Source: Torpedo marmorata (Eukaryota). Taken from it: a DNA stretch of 64,000 nt. Under the pieces are notes generated by a model that saw only the letters and a program-made list of their open reading frames with translations, was not told the DNA's origin and did no database searches. Every line of letters begins with the position of its first letter. The first letter of the stretch is position 1. Position numbers and translations under genes: made by a program. The stretch lies in assembly GCA_977017645.1 (NCBI GenBank), contig OZ360249.1, positions 10,540,001 through 10,604,000 on the forward strand. Reading direction: 5' to 3'. Shown one piece after another: positions 53,201 to 63,063 of this stretch.

Positions 53201-56200
53201 GACTCAAATCAGAAGCTTCAGTTTTATAACAACTTTGTAAAGAAAAGTTGAAAATTTCACCATCAAGGAGGGAAAAATGTACTTTCACCATTCGAAAACC
53301 CAACTAGAGGTTATGCAGAATAGTTAAGCTGACTGATGAAAAACACCACTTCAACCCACCAAAACGTCAAGATGGAAGCCAAATGCAAAATTGTAAAAAA
53401 ACATGAAAAGGATTGATTAAATCATGTGTCACCCCCAGCACAAAGAGTTAACAAAGCCAACACCCAAACAAAGACATCTTTTGATAACTCGTGGATCACC
53501 TTAGATTTGCTTGTATTGAGGAAACAACTTAATCGATCACAACCTAGGCAATACTTGTTCACAACCATAACCTTGTAAACTAACACACAAAAGGTCACCA
53601 GTAACAAGAATTCCTCTATTAACCTTGTGCTACATATTTGTCGTTTGATTAAGACTATTAACATTTGGAGGCTTGACCTCTGTGCAGTTGTGCAAAGCCA
53701 AAAAAAAAAATCGAGTTTTATTAGAGGAAAAGTATCTCAAGGGTTAATATTGTCGTTTATTTTTAATTTAGATTTATCCAAATATGGACTGCAAATGTAC
53801 CATCAGAAGTTTGTGTTAAATTCACTTACAATTCAGAGATCAGAACACAGTGCAGTACCAGCCATGGCTGCTATAATTAGGCAGTTTTAATTGTGCTGCA
53901 TCACAGCAGCAGTTCTCAAGGACAAAGTTCAATTAAAACAGTACTTACTTGTGTACGGGTGTCGTATTCGGAACAAAGAGTGGGGTCTGCCTCCAATTCT
54001 GGCAATCCCTCGATGCTTCCCTCGTCGTTCCACTGTCTGGGGCTTCCTAGACTGAAGGCAGAAGCGTGGAAAGCCAGTCCCAGCCCTGCCTTGGTCCTCT
54101 TGCCGAGAGCCTCGCCAGGGCCATTAGTATGCTCAGAGGCTTCGTTTCTGCCATATTGACAGTTCCTGAGCATCAAGGCATCTTTGTGAGTTACTACTAA
54201 CAAGAGGGTGACGCAGCCCAGGCCGCAGTTCCCGGCTTTCCTCTTGCCTCTGCCCGCCGCCCGCGGCCCGGCGCCGGTACCTGCTCCTCGCTGCCGCCCC
54301 TTCGCGCTCGGGGAGCCTGCAGCTTTCCTGCAACTCCATGATGGGTGTGAACAGACAGCTCCACTTTCACCAACATGGCCTTCTTGCAGCACAACTTCCT
54401 CCAGCAGAGGCATTTTGGGAAGAGAAGGGCCGCCCCGCCGCTGATTGGCTGCGGCGCTGGTGACCTCATCGCTTCTGCACGGCCGCCTGCAGCTGCTGGT
54501 CCGGCCGCTTGCACCAGCGGCTGTTGGCGGCGCCGGGCTGGGTCCTGCTGGGCTCGGAACTGCTGAGCTCGCCCCCTTCCTCAGCACTTGCACATCATCA
54601 CCCGCACAAAACTGAACGTAGACCCTGTTAGAAAACAGCATTTAAAAAAAAAACAAACGTAAAATCATCAGCCAGGTGCAAAGAGATGGTCCTGATATAT
54701 TGTGCATGCTTTATTTTTTTTTTTGCTTTGCAGAGGATTTGCATTGCAACCGGTTGGTAAATGGAACAGCAACAAAAGCCGAGCTCTTGCGGCTGAAACC
54801 GAAGTGCGCTCAGCAACCACAAGAACATCTGCTGCAGTGAGCCACCCCTCCCTCCACGCTTCCTGCCCCAGCCAATCCCCTGCCCCAGCAAATTCCCCCA
54901 GGCTTCGCAAATGACGTACTTTGCAGATAATAGCCACTAAATATGCCCTCCTTTCCGAAGCAAGCATGGCGAGCAAGGACTTTTGTCCGCGCTGCAGCTT
55001 CTAGGCTGCGCAGACGTTCATATTGGTATTTTTTTTAAATTTTGCAAATGATGCTGCTTTTAATTGCAAAAAAATCCCTCTCCTTGTTCGAGTCTCACTG
55101 CATTCATTTTCAACCCTGCAGCTGCCGAATGCCTTTCTAAATCCTTTCCCGTCATTCCTCCTAAAGGCAACAAAAGCCCTGCCACGTCGACAACCTAATG
55201 GAAAAATACTGCAGAGCTTTTCCCAGAGAAACAAAATCACCCTGCCGTCTCCGCCTTGTTTGTCTTGGGTTAGGGAAGGGGAAATGGTTTTACTTCAACT
55301 ACAATGCTTATTCTGACGAGGATCCCCTGTTGATTTAATTTTGCATTTAAACAAAAACTGACGTAAACGTGGTTACAATTATTTTTGACCACTTTTCGAT
55401 TTGTGTGGACTGACTCTGTATATGAACAAATCAACAAATACCTTAATGAAAGGCTCAAGCCCGAAACGTTGGTCATGTATCTTTATCTTTGCTATATAAT
55501 GTACACTGTTTGACCTGCTGAGTTTCTCCAGCATTGTGTTTTTACTTTAACAAATACCTGCTTTGATTATACAATTAAACTTGTATTTAATTTGTTGATT
55601 TATAATGTCATATATCAACACTTTGAATTGTATATGATATAGGTAGCATAATTAGTAAATTTGCAGATGACAAAATTAGTGTATAGTGAAGAAGATTATC
55701 TGATTTACGACAAGATCTATATTATCTGGGGAAAGGCAGGTGGAATTTCAGTGCAGCGATGCATTTTGGTAGTTCAATCACAACCGGACTTGCACAGTAA
55801 ATGACAATGTCCCGAGAAATATTCTAGAACACGAGGGGTACAAGTATATTAGTTCCCTGAAAGTCGTGATACAGGTAGACAAGGTAGTGAATAAGGCATA
55901 TGGCATGCTTATCTTCATTCGATGGGGCATTGAGTACAAGACTTAGGATGTCATGTTGCAGCTGTATGGATCAGCCATTCTCAACCAACAGGCTGCGACT
56001 GTTTTTCCTGCGAAAAAAGCTGGGGGATGACCTTATGGAGGTTTATAAAATTATGAGGCGCATAGATATGGTGAATAGTGGCAATCTTTTTGCCAGGGGG
56101 AATCTTAAACTAGAGGAATTGGGTTTAAGGTGAGAGGGGAAATATTTAACCTGAACAGCAAGATTTTCCACTCAGAGAATTGTGAGAACGAGCAACAATC

Positions 56201-59200
56201 TGCCAGAGGAAGTGGAGGAGGCAAGTACAATTACACTTCTTCAAGACATTTGGACAAGTCCATGGTTAGGAGAGGTTGAGAGGGGTAAAGGCCAGATGGA
56301 GGCAAGTGGAACTAGTTTAGGGAGGCACCTTGGTTGACATGGACGAATTGGGCCGAAGGGCCTGTTCCCATGCCGTAGTTCTCTATGAGAAGAACTCTAC
56401 TGCAATTGATTTTCTTATACACCCCCTGTAGTAACTGATTTTAGTCACTGAAGATTCACGGCGACATTGTGCAACATTCAGCAAAGAATAGAATATTGCT
56501 GAACTGGTTGGGGTGATGGATCAGACGTGTGGAAGAGGGACAGGTGCAGGCGGGAAGTCAGCAACCAAAATAATTTGAAGCAGAGGCTGGAATGGAAAGG
56601 GACACTGTTGAAAAAGAAAACAGAGACATCACAGAAAGACGAACCAGGAGAGAGTTAAATGCTGTGCTATAATTTCCCCCTTTTTAAAGTTTTTGATGTC
56701 CTCAAATGATTATTGTGGCTAAGAAATACTGAACAATTCAGAGGAAATTCTCATGCACCTCAGATCTGTACTTATTGCTTGACAGCTAGGCTTTTCCAAA
56801 CTTTCACTCATCATGTGCACAAGTCAAAAAAAGTTACTCAAAAATCATGGCACTGAAGGGTTAATTTATACATGACCGACACAAGACGGGGGATATATTG
56901 TGAGCCAGTCTTCCCTGTCATCTCCCAGATTATGTCCAATGACGTGGTGTCCCCCTGACCAATGTTGTGTTCATGCTGCCATAGGTTCTTACGTTGTTCG
57001 TTTTTACTCACATTGCACTTCTGCTTATTTACATGTGGGAAATGGTGGGCAAGGTTGTTGGATGCATTTTCCTGTGACCATTGCAGGAAAAGGTTTTAAT
57101 GGCTTTGACAGATCTTTTCACTATTCCCCTCATGCTTTGACAATGTGCCTTGGCTCTCTTCATATCAGCCCCATCACATCATACATACGAACATGAGAAA
57201 TATGAGCAGGATTAGGCCATCTGGCCCGTCGAGCTTGCTCCTCCATTCAATAAGATCACGGCTGATCTAGCTACGTACTCAGTTCCACCTGCCTGCTCTT
57301 TCCCCATAACCCTTAATGCCCCTACTATACAAAAATCTAGCTATGTCTTAAATATATTTAATGAGGCAGCCTCTACTGCTTCCTTACAGGACCTTCAGCC
57401 ACTACCCACATCAAGCATTCATCTACACCTATCCATTTTTCTCTCACACATTGGAGGCGGCACAGTTGGCATAGTGGTTTGTGCAACGCCGTTACAATGC
57501 CAGCAATCGGGATTGGGGTTCGAATCCCGCGGTGTCTGTAAGGAGTTTATACGTTCTCCCCATGTCTGCGTGGGTTTCCTCCTGGGGCTCCAGTTTCCTC
57601 CCACCGTTCGAAATGTACCAGTGTTGTGGGTTAATTGGGTGGTACGGGCTCATGGGCCGAAATGGCCTGTTACCGTGCTAATTGTCTAAATAAAATTTAA
57701 ATATCAATCATCCCCAGACTCTCACAAGATATAAAAAACACAAAAGCTGGAGAACTCAGCAGGTCAAACAGTGTATTTTATGTAGCAAAGGTAGAAAAAC
57801 ATAACCGACGTTTCAGGCTTGAGCCCTTCATCACAAGATATAGTAGAAGTAGGCCTATTGCCCCATTGAGTCTACTCCATCGAGTCTCTCCCCAATTCTC
57901 CTACCACCAACCTAGACTAGGGGCAGTTAACAATGGCAAATTAACCCAACCAGGATGTCTTTGGAATCTGGGAGGAAAATGGAGTATCTGAGGAGAAAAC
58001 CTTAGTCATAGAGAATCTGATAACTCCATGAAGACAGCACCTAAGCCTAAATCTCCGGAGCTTTGAGGCAGTAGCACTCTCCTCTGTACCATCCAAGATT
58101 ATGGACAACAACATAAATGTTGTGGTTGCGCTGTTCTCTAGCAGCTGAATAATACAGAAACCTAATAACCGCGATGTCACTGTACTTAAGTTTATGTTAC
58201 TTCTAGTAGCCGAAGGCCTGGACTTTTCATCTGGAAGCACGAGTTCAAGTTCTAACATGGCATGCAGGGAAATTGAATTCAAGTAATTAAATAATAAATC
58301 TTGAATAAAAGTTGTCAAGTAATTAAATAATAAATCTTGAATAAAAGTTGTCAGATTTTTATTAATTGAACTGGCCAAAGCAAAATAGTAAAAACACACC
58401 GAAATGCTGGAGGAACTCAGCTGGTCTTTCAGTGTCCATAAAAAGCAAAGATATATTGCCGGCGTTTCAGGCCTGAGGCCTTCTTCAAGTTCCAAGCATT
58501 TTGGTGTGTTTTTACGACAATCACAGCGTCTGCAGACTTTCATGTTTTAAAGCAAAATAGTGTCTGCTAATGTTCTTCAAAAAGACAATTTCCACCTTAA
58601 TCCAATCGCCAAAAAGACTCCAAGCCAATCAAAATGAGGTGATCTCTTAACTGCTTCACATTCCATGAACAAATAATAATACAGTAAAACCCCCCGTATC
58701 TGGCACCTACGAGGATTGGTAGATGCCGGATAAGTGAATTTTCCGTTTGCTCAAAATTGTGTGTTGTGTGGATTGACGAACTAACCGCAAGGGGGTGCCA
58801 ATTTTAAATTTTCGTATTTTTTTACCTATTTATTTTCCGCGATCTTTTTGCCGGTTGCTTGAATTCCTAATAATGGGGATTTTACTGTATTCCTTTTTGT
58901 TTATGAGAACTCAAATCTCATGACCCAAACGAGGTCCTGCAACTTCATCATGGGTTTGTTGACTTTTTATTTCACTTACTGAAACTTACTTACCGTATAT
59001 TTCGGCGTATAAGTCGAGTCTTGAAACCCTCAAAAATCTCTCAAAAAACGGGGGTTGACTTATACGCCGGATATACTTTTGAGACCTTAAAATCAGCTCA
59101 AAAACCAATCCACGCCGATTCGGCGTATAAGTCGACCCATGAAAAACCGATTCGGCGTATAGGTCGATGCTGGAAGCACCTCCCCACCGCCAGCGCCGCC

Positions 59201-62200
59201 ATAACCCACCCAGACATTCTACAATTGTAGAGCCTGAGCTCCCCGCTCCTGCTCGGGAGAACGAGCTCCCCGCTCCTGCTCGGGAGAATGAGCTCCCCGC
59301 TCCTGCTCAGGAGAACGAGCTCCCCGCTCCTGCTCGGGAGAAAGACGTCCTCACTCCTGCTCGGGAAAAGACGTCGCCGCACCTGCATCTTCCCGGCCAG
59401 AAGCAAAGGTTTTTTTTAAACTTTTTTTTTTAAACTTGCTTAATTTACAGCTTTGTTACTTGGCGATTGGGGTGTTGTAACAAATTTTGGGCTGTTGCTG
59501 GGAGGCCCGGACATCCTGAAAATTGGGGGTCGACTTATCTGCCGGTCGACTTATACGCCGAAATATATGGTATATCCATAATATTAAGACTATGATCAGT
59601 TGTTTGATAAACAGAACCTTTTTCAAATCTTGGCATAAAAGACACAGATTGTCCAGGTCATAGATGTATCGAGTTGATATCAAGGGATGGGAACCAAAAC
59701 ATTATCGAAGTAGATACAAGATCCTGGGACTGTTTCCATTTTAGAAATAGCTAAGGTGAGAATAAGCAGAAATCTTTGATGTTGCATTGATTTTTTGACA
59801 AAAGGCTATTTTCACCAGTTGGGTAGAGTTAGTGATATTATCATCAATTAACACTGGGTTGGAAGAGACATATCTTTATGCAGTGCGTTGCAGTGTATAA
59901 ATATTTGTGGAAGCTGCAGAGGTAATGGGAAATGTGAGGTTCTGAGCAACTCAACCTAACCGCTGGCACACTCAAGCTGAGCTGCAGCCATCATTTAAGC
60001 AGTGCACTTCCATGGTCCATCATCCTCATTTTATCACTCATCAATAGACCCAATGAAGCCAAGACTGGGTAAGCGGGAATCTTATTAAATCGTGAAGCAG
60101 GGTCCAATTGATCTAATCCCGCTCCTGTTCCTATCTGTGATGGCTGAGCAACAATCAGAAGGAGACAATGTTGCAATTTTGCTTTTTCTGTGCCCAGGAC
60201 TACCAAGACCAATTTTTAAAATTAAAGATATTCTAATACTGTATGAAAAAAGAGAATAATTAGAAATTTGTAAATTGAAGGTGCTTTCAGATTTAGCCTT
60301 AGATTATCACAATTATAATTTAGACTTGAAAAGATACCACAATGCAGTTGGTGGAATTCTCTCCAGATGTTTATTGATATAACACCACGGAATAAACCAT
60401 TTAAAAAAAAAATTAGTTTGCAAGGTCATCTTTAAACTCCACTCAGTTTGAGAGATATTAAATCTCAGCATAATAAATGCAAGACCATTCCAGGAGATAC
60501 TCAATTTGAACTTAATAGGAGAAGATCAAGCAGAAACTCTCATTCATATTAAGGTACATAAGCTAGGCTTTAATTCATTTTTTTAACTAAACATCAGAAG
60601 GGAAACTGGATGATCTCTACAAATCATATAAATCTTCCTTTCATTGTGGTAACCTTAATGCATATATTGTATGATTCGATCAGTCACTGACCTTTGCTAA
60701 ATTTTAAACATCAAGACCACAAGGTTCTCGACCAGTTATGTTTACTGTCAGACAATTTATATTCTGGTTGTTATAACTTGGTTCTCAAGGGCACAGGGAT
60801 GTAAAAATCATGTTACAATAGGATTAAGAGCTTGTAAGATTGGACTTAATATTCTGAACTTCATTATTTAAATTTACTGCACACTGACCTGGTGTGTTTC
60901 TTCTTTACAAATCGAGGATCGTCAAGGTGTTTGAAGGATGGGAAATCACTGTGCATAAACCGTTCCAAAACCAGCTGGAATTTCTGCAGCTGTACCAAAC
61001 AATCTGTAACAGAGACAAATGTGAATTCCAGACATACTAGAGACAAAAAAATTCAAAACACGGAACCGATTACAGAAAGTAGTGAAAACAGGAAATCCAA
61101 CCAAAGATTTACATTTTAAAAAACAGCCTAAAACATTGGTTGAGAAGCAGCAAGTGATTATCATTTTTATAGATGTTGATGCATGAGTGGCAGTTCACAT
61201 CCTTCTTTTCCAAAGTATGTTTATTGAGCATCAAAGACAACTTCGTACACATTATACAGATGTACATTGTGCTCCTATTTTCTCTTTTTTCAAAAAACAG
61301 AAAAACCAACACACTTACACTAATGTTCACATACACCCTCAGATACACGCCCAAGCCCCCCTCTCGCTGACCACCTTGGCACCTTTGTTGACAGTATCAT
61401 CGGTGTATTACTGATAGTACTGGTACAACTGTCTCACAGTTAGTCTTTTACTCCGAAAGCACTCGTAATTCAGAGAAATAACGCATAGAGAGTTGCCATT
61501 CATGGACAAATTTTCCGGTAGACCCTCTTAATGCGTATTTGATTTTCTCCAGTTTAATAAAGAAACTGATATACTTAATCCAACAGAGGCATTGGGAAGA
61601 GAGGGAGAACGGGGAGTAGGCTAGCAGAAACCAGAGAAGTCGATGTTAATGCCATCCGGTTGGAGAGTGCCCAGATGGAAAATTAGGTGTTGCTCCTCAA
61701 ACTTAAGGGTGGTCTTGGTTTGGCAGTACGAGGCCATGAACAGACATGTCAGCGCAGAAGTGGGGAGCAGAATTGAAATGGTTGGCCACTGGGAGATTCC
61801 TGTCATTGATGCGGACAGAGCGAAGGTGCTCAGCGAAGCAATCTCCCAGTCTGTGTCCAATCTCTCCAATGCAGAGAAGGCCACAACGGGAGCACCGAAT
61901 GTAGTAGGTGATTCCCGCAGATTCACAAGTGAAGTGAATCACAGAAGTGAATCACCATTCACAGAGTCATCCCCCTCCCCTTGTTTGCTGGTGTGCCCTC
62001 CCTCCCTTATCCACCTATTACCTCCTGCCTGTGGGACTATGCTCCACCCCCTGCCCCTCCCTCCACCATTTTGTTCGGGCACCTGCCGACATTTTGCTCA
62101 TATCTTGATTAAATGCTCAAGCCCAAAATGTTGGTTATGTATCTTTATCCTTGCTATACACTGTTTGACCTGCTGAGTTTCTCCAGCATTGTGTTTTTAC

Positions 62201-62563
62201 TTAGATCCCAGGTGGAGAGTTCTGTGCTCCCTTCAACACCCTTGGACCCTGGTTCCCCACATTCCCTTCAACACCCTTGTTCAATAATAATAGCAACAGT
62301 TTAATTTAAATAAGTGGATGAGAGAAACACTTTCAGCACATTTTTTAATTAAACATTACTTTGTAATAATTATTAAATAAATAACATGAGCTACACATAG
62401 AATTGCTGTCACTTTAAGCTAAGTTCTTACCAAGAAACGTGGTGTCACTAAATGCAGTTTCACTTATTTCACAGTTCTGCACAACACAGTCCAGTGAACC
62501 TGATGCATCCACAAGTTGCAAACGACCTGTCACTGAATTAGCCTGCAACACTCCATTCAATAT
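23084..62563 (-). CDS. CTC1: CST complex subunit CTC1, 3' part of gene (14 coding exons in window; 5' exons beyond 64000)
   Basis: Spliced translation resembles recalled vertebrate CTC1 segments (GRLQLVDASGSLDC, CLVQLQKFQLVLER, VRWYHLI..GGVYRVI, LDVYID..GVLPGS, HNNVYC, CHVVNVQCLQLQWVCTRC, IVEDGTAEA, LSLTCLDIKE). All introns are GT-AG, phases are consistent, and the exon sum is 2265 nt = 754 aa + TGA. Confidence 0.93.
24640..25730 (-). mobile_element. old CR1 LINE fragments
   Basis: MNELDEGIKCNISKFAATKL; reverse-strand GVLQ*SVLG and MDFSKAFD-like remnants. Confidence 0.7.
25792..25890 (+). ncRNA. Penelope-associated minimal hammerhead-ribozyme-like motif plus repeat tail
   Basis: CTGATGA(25797-25803)-AGGG TTTCGG CCC-GAAAC GTT GACC, followed by gatgctgcctgacctgct..gtttctccagc. 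Confidence 0.55.
27570..27792 (+). mobile_element. HE1/V-SINE-like SINE
   Basis: head, core and ggcctgttcccgtgctgtatgtcta tail. Confidence 0.85.
29245..29575 (+). mobile_element. ancient Deu-domain-like SINE remnant
   Basis: degenerate match to the recalled Deu core (…ctttcagag…ctctcccccaggtggacatgaaatatcccatagcaccattt…). Confidence 0.4.
30688..30848 (+). mobile_element. CR1 3' end fragment
   Basis: near-identical to 3900-4065. Confidence 0.85.
31215..33700 (-). mobile_element. Penelope-like retroelement (degraded RT + GIY-YIG)
   Basis: YIDDYIG motif ~32486-32510, GVAM.TP..PS motif, CIRCSRCG/HFNS GIY-YIG at 31540-31850, hammerhead-like motif ~31325-31352. Confidence 0.85.
35393..35585 (+). 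mobile_element. HE1/V-SINE-like SINE
   Basis: head, core and tail. Confidence 0.8.
36279..36528 (-). mobile_element. HE1/V-SINE-like SINE, full length
   Basis: reverse complement of the consensus seen elsewhere in the window. Confidence 0.88.
36685..36814 (-). CDS. CTC1: CTC1 penultimate exon (HEETTGDLLMQYLSTVCASTIVCRSIQLAFKVD...GHS)
   Basis: gcag acceptor, G|gtaagt donor, 130 nt, phase 0 to 1. Confidence 0.9.
36903..37107 (-). mobile_element. HE1/V-SINE-like SINE
   Basis: reverse complement, internally deleted. Confidence 0.8.
37820..37985 (-). CDS. CTC1: CTC1 exon (KIIVEDGTAEAWVHCTDKQVADLLQL...GHEL)
   Basis: gcag acceptor, gtgagt donor, 166 nt, phase 2 to 0; hallmark VEDGTAEA motif. Confidence 0.93.
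38218..39001 (+). mobile_element. GC-rich ~800-bp non-autonomous retroelement, copy 3 (slightly 5'-truncated)
   Basis: same body and tail; lies in a CTC1 intron. Confidence 0.8.
40530..40594 (-). CDS. CTC1: CTC1 exon (GRCTRSSGPCLSADCVFHAKS)
   Basis: tttag acceptor, gtaagc donor, 65 nt, phase 0 to 2. Confidence 0.88.
40807..41483. mobile_element. Tc1/mariner (Tigger-like) MITE, long version
   Basis: TA|CAGTAAAAACCCTGG...CCAGGGGTTTTACTG|TA. Confidence 0.85.
41703..41923. mobile_element. Tc1/mariner MITE, short version
   Basis: same TIRs, TA TSD. Confidence 0.8.
42065..42230 (-). CDS. CTC1: CTC1 exon (SSSSSTAIAERPWVHLGNL...CHVVNVQCLQLQWVCTRCSSIFKQ; first CxxC of Zn ribbon)
   Basis: ctctag acceptor, CAG|gtttgt donor, 166 nt, phase 2 to 0. 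Confidence 0.9.
42739..43769 (-). mobile_element. solo LTR, family 2, inserted in a Rex/Babar fragment (42540-42738 / 43774-44035)
   Basis: TGTTA...TTACA termini, 4-bp TSD TACT; the flanks rejoin as KIVEDPYHPTH..LLPSG. Confidence 0.8.
44125..44205. repeat. perfect 27-bp tandem repeat x3
   Basis: attttgccgtttcctgggtgttcagca x3. Confidence 0.95.
44480..44714 (+). mobile_element. HE1/V-SINE-like SINE, full length
   Basis: GGGCGGCACGGTTAGCGTAGCGG A box, GGTTCGAACC B box, CR1-like tail. Confidence 0.88.
44873..44947 (-). CDS. CTC1: CTC1 exon (RHNNVYCRFVPSSSASVLQCSLEAK)
   Basis: ttcag acceptor, AG|gttggt donor, 75 nt, phase 2 to 2. Confidence 0.85.
45585..45781. mobile_element. Tc1/mariner MITE, short version
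   Basis: same TIRs, TA TSD. Confidence 0.78.
46284..46449 (-). CDS. CTC1: CTC1 exon (DVLVPRDWCLKFSVG...LDVYIDLLQLSYTIGVLPGSIVAFYDLERIVS)
   Basis: atag acceptor, AG|gtcagc donor, 166 nt, phase 1 to 2. Confidence 0.9.
46824..46933 (-). CDS. CTC1: CTC1 exon (SFPASLVSFTGIILERMCFEP...DTK)
   Basis: ccag acceptor, G|gtaag donor, 110 nt, phase 2 to 1. Confidence 0.87.
47380..47474 (-). CDS. CTC1: CTC1 exon (ILKKQINIPAYLEKLSSEIPQPSTIQDVLSD)
   Basis: gcag acceptor, AG|gtaagc donor, 95 nt, phase 0 to 2; needed to keep the frame into the next exon. Confidence 0.82.
47833..47973 (-). CDS. CTC1: CTC1 exon (GTFCFEQHSSCVPLKTLQRLNCPRCLVVQPDWKF...SP)
   Basis: ttcag acceptor, gtaagc donor, 141 nt, phase 0 to 0. 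Confidence 0.85.
48789..48878 (-). CDS. CTC1: CTC1 exon (VQLEFMAEAVRWYHLISQGGVYRVIGPKQM)
   Basis: gcag acceptor, gtaag donor, 90 nt, phase 0 to 0. Confidence 0.9.
49780..49860 (+). mobile_element. Rex/Babar 3' tail fragment
   Basis: matches 8150-8226. Confidence 0.8.
53949..54624 (-). CDS. CTC1: CTC1 large exon (RVYVQFCAGDD...LLLVVTHKDALMLRNC...EYDTRTQ) with GC-rich low-complexity segment
   Basis: ORF 53916-54641; aacag acceptor, CAA|gtaagt donor, 676 nt, phase 2 to 0. Confidence 0.88.
54200..55370. promoter_or_regulatory. intragenic CpG island overlapping CTC1 exon, with promoter motifs
   Basis: High CpG density; GC box ~54430, ATTGG 54444-54448, TGACCTCA 54461-54468, CCAAT 54872-54876, TGACGT 54912-54917, TGACGTAA 55359-55366. 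Confidence 0.5.
55640..56385 (+). mobile_element. degraded CR1 LINE 3' part
   Basis: ISKFADDK-like start, GDDLMEVYKIMR, gggccgaagggcctgtt tail. Confidence 0.75.
57456..57690 (+). mobile_element. HE1/V-SINE-like SINE, full length
   Basis: A/B boxes, core, tail. Confidence 0.88.
58280..58351. repeat. 36-bp tandem duplication inside an old SINE remnant
   Basis: caagtaattaaataataaatcttgaataaaagttgt x2. Confidence 0.9.
58682..58887. mobile_element. Tc1/mariner MITE, short version (partial further copy ~1980-2141)
   Basis: same TIRs, TA TSD. Confidence 0.78.
58993..59570. mobile_element. pogo/Tigger-like MITE with internal 27-bp minisatellite
   Basis: TA|CCGTATATTTCGGCGTATAAGTCGA...TCGACTTATACGCCGAAATATATGG|TA; gagctccccgctcctgctcgggagaac about x5 at 59236-59375. 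Confidence 0.85.
60889..61003 (-). CDS. CTC1: CTC1 exon (DCLVQLQKFQLVLERFMHSDFPSFKHLDDPRFVKKKHT)
   Basis: acag acceptor, AG|gtcagt donor, 115 nt, phase 1 to 2. Confidence 0.9.
61600..62200. mobile_element. Penelope-like fragments: GIY-YIG on - strand (61621-61930), then tail on + strand (61950-62200)
   Basis: HFTCESAGITYYIRCSRCGLLCIGEIGHRLGDCFAEHLRSVR; ttgacctgctgagtttctccagc tail. Confidence 0.8.
62431..62563 (-). CDS. CTC1: CTC1 exon (ILNGVLQANSVTGRLQLVDASGSLDCVVQ...TTFL)
   Basis: tttccag acceptor, G|gtaag donor, 133 nt, phase 0 to 1. Confidence 0.9.
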
Positions 62564-62837
62564 CTGGAAATAGATAAATTGAACCAAGTTAACCATTCTT
62601 CATTGGTGCATAATTTTCAGCTGAGCAATGGGCAAAATTTATGTCAAAATCTTTCCAATCTATTTTCCCTTGAATTAATATAAAGGCATGCTATCTTTTT
62701 AAAGCAATTAACACTCCCTGAACATAGGTGTGCCCCAGAGGCAAGTTAACCTTATTTTAAAAGCTGTTACCAAATATTTTTATGGCATAATTTAAACTGA
62801 CCTTCCGATGCCCCAGAAACACCAAATTAGTTTAATT

Positions 62838-63063
62838 CGGCCATTCTCAACATTTTTTTCCAGCTATGGCCCTCCTTGGGCTCTGCTCAGTTTATGGGCC
62901 CCCTTCCCTGTGAAGCAGTCAAGTTTTGGTTTCTTCCGTACTTTTCTCCCACCAACTACATAAAAAAAACCATTTAAAATATTTATGTTTGGTAAGGTGA
63001 AAGAAAACAAGGCTTTTACTTAAATGTGCTGTAGCGCCGAAGGGCCACCGTTGAGAATGGCTG
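62838..63063. mobile_element. hAT-type MITE, third copy
   Basis: same TIRs and body as 10710-10914; TSD degraded. Confidence 0.75.

Noticed and set aside
48879-54730. MALAT1/NEAT1-type triple helix and mascRNA in the repeat-poor region
   Set aside because: I found no paired U-rich motifs with an A-rich tract followed by a tRNA-like structure.
57941-58543. 200-aa minus-strand ORF in a CTC1 intron
   Set aside because: It is a patchwork of Penelope tail, SINE remnants and a 36-bp duplication; CTC1 splices in frame without it.
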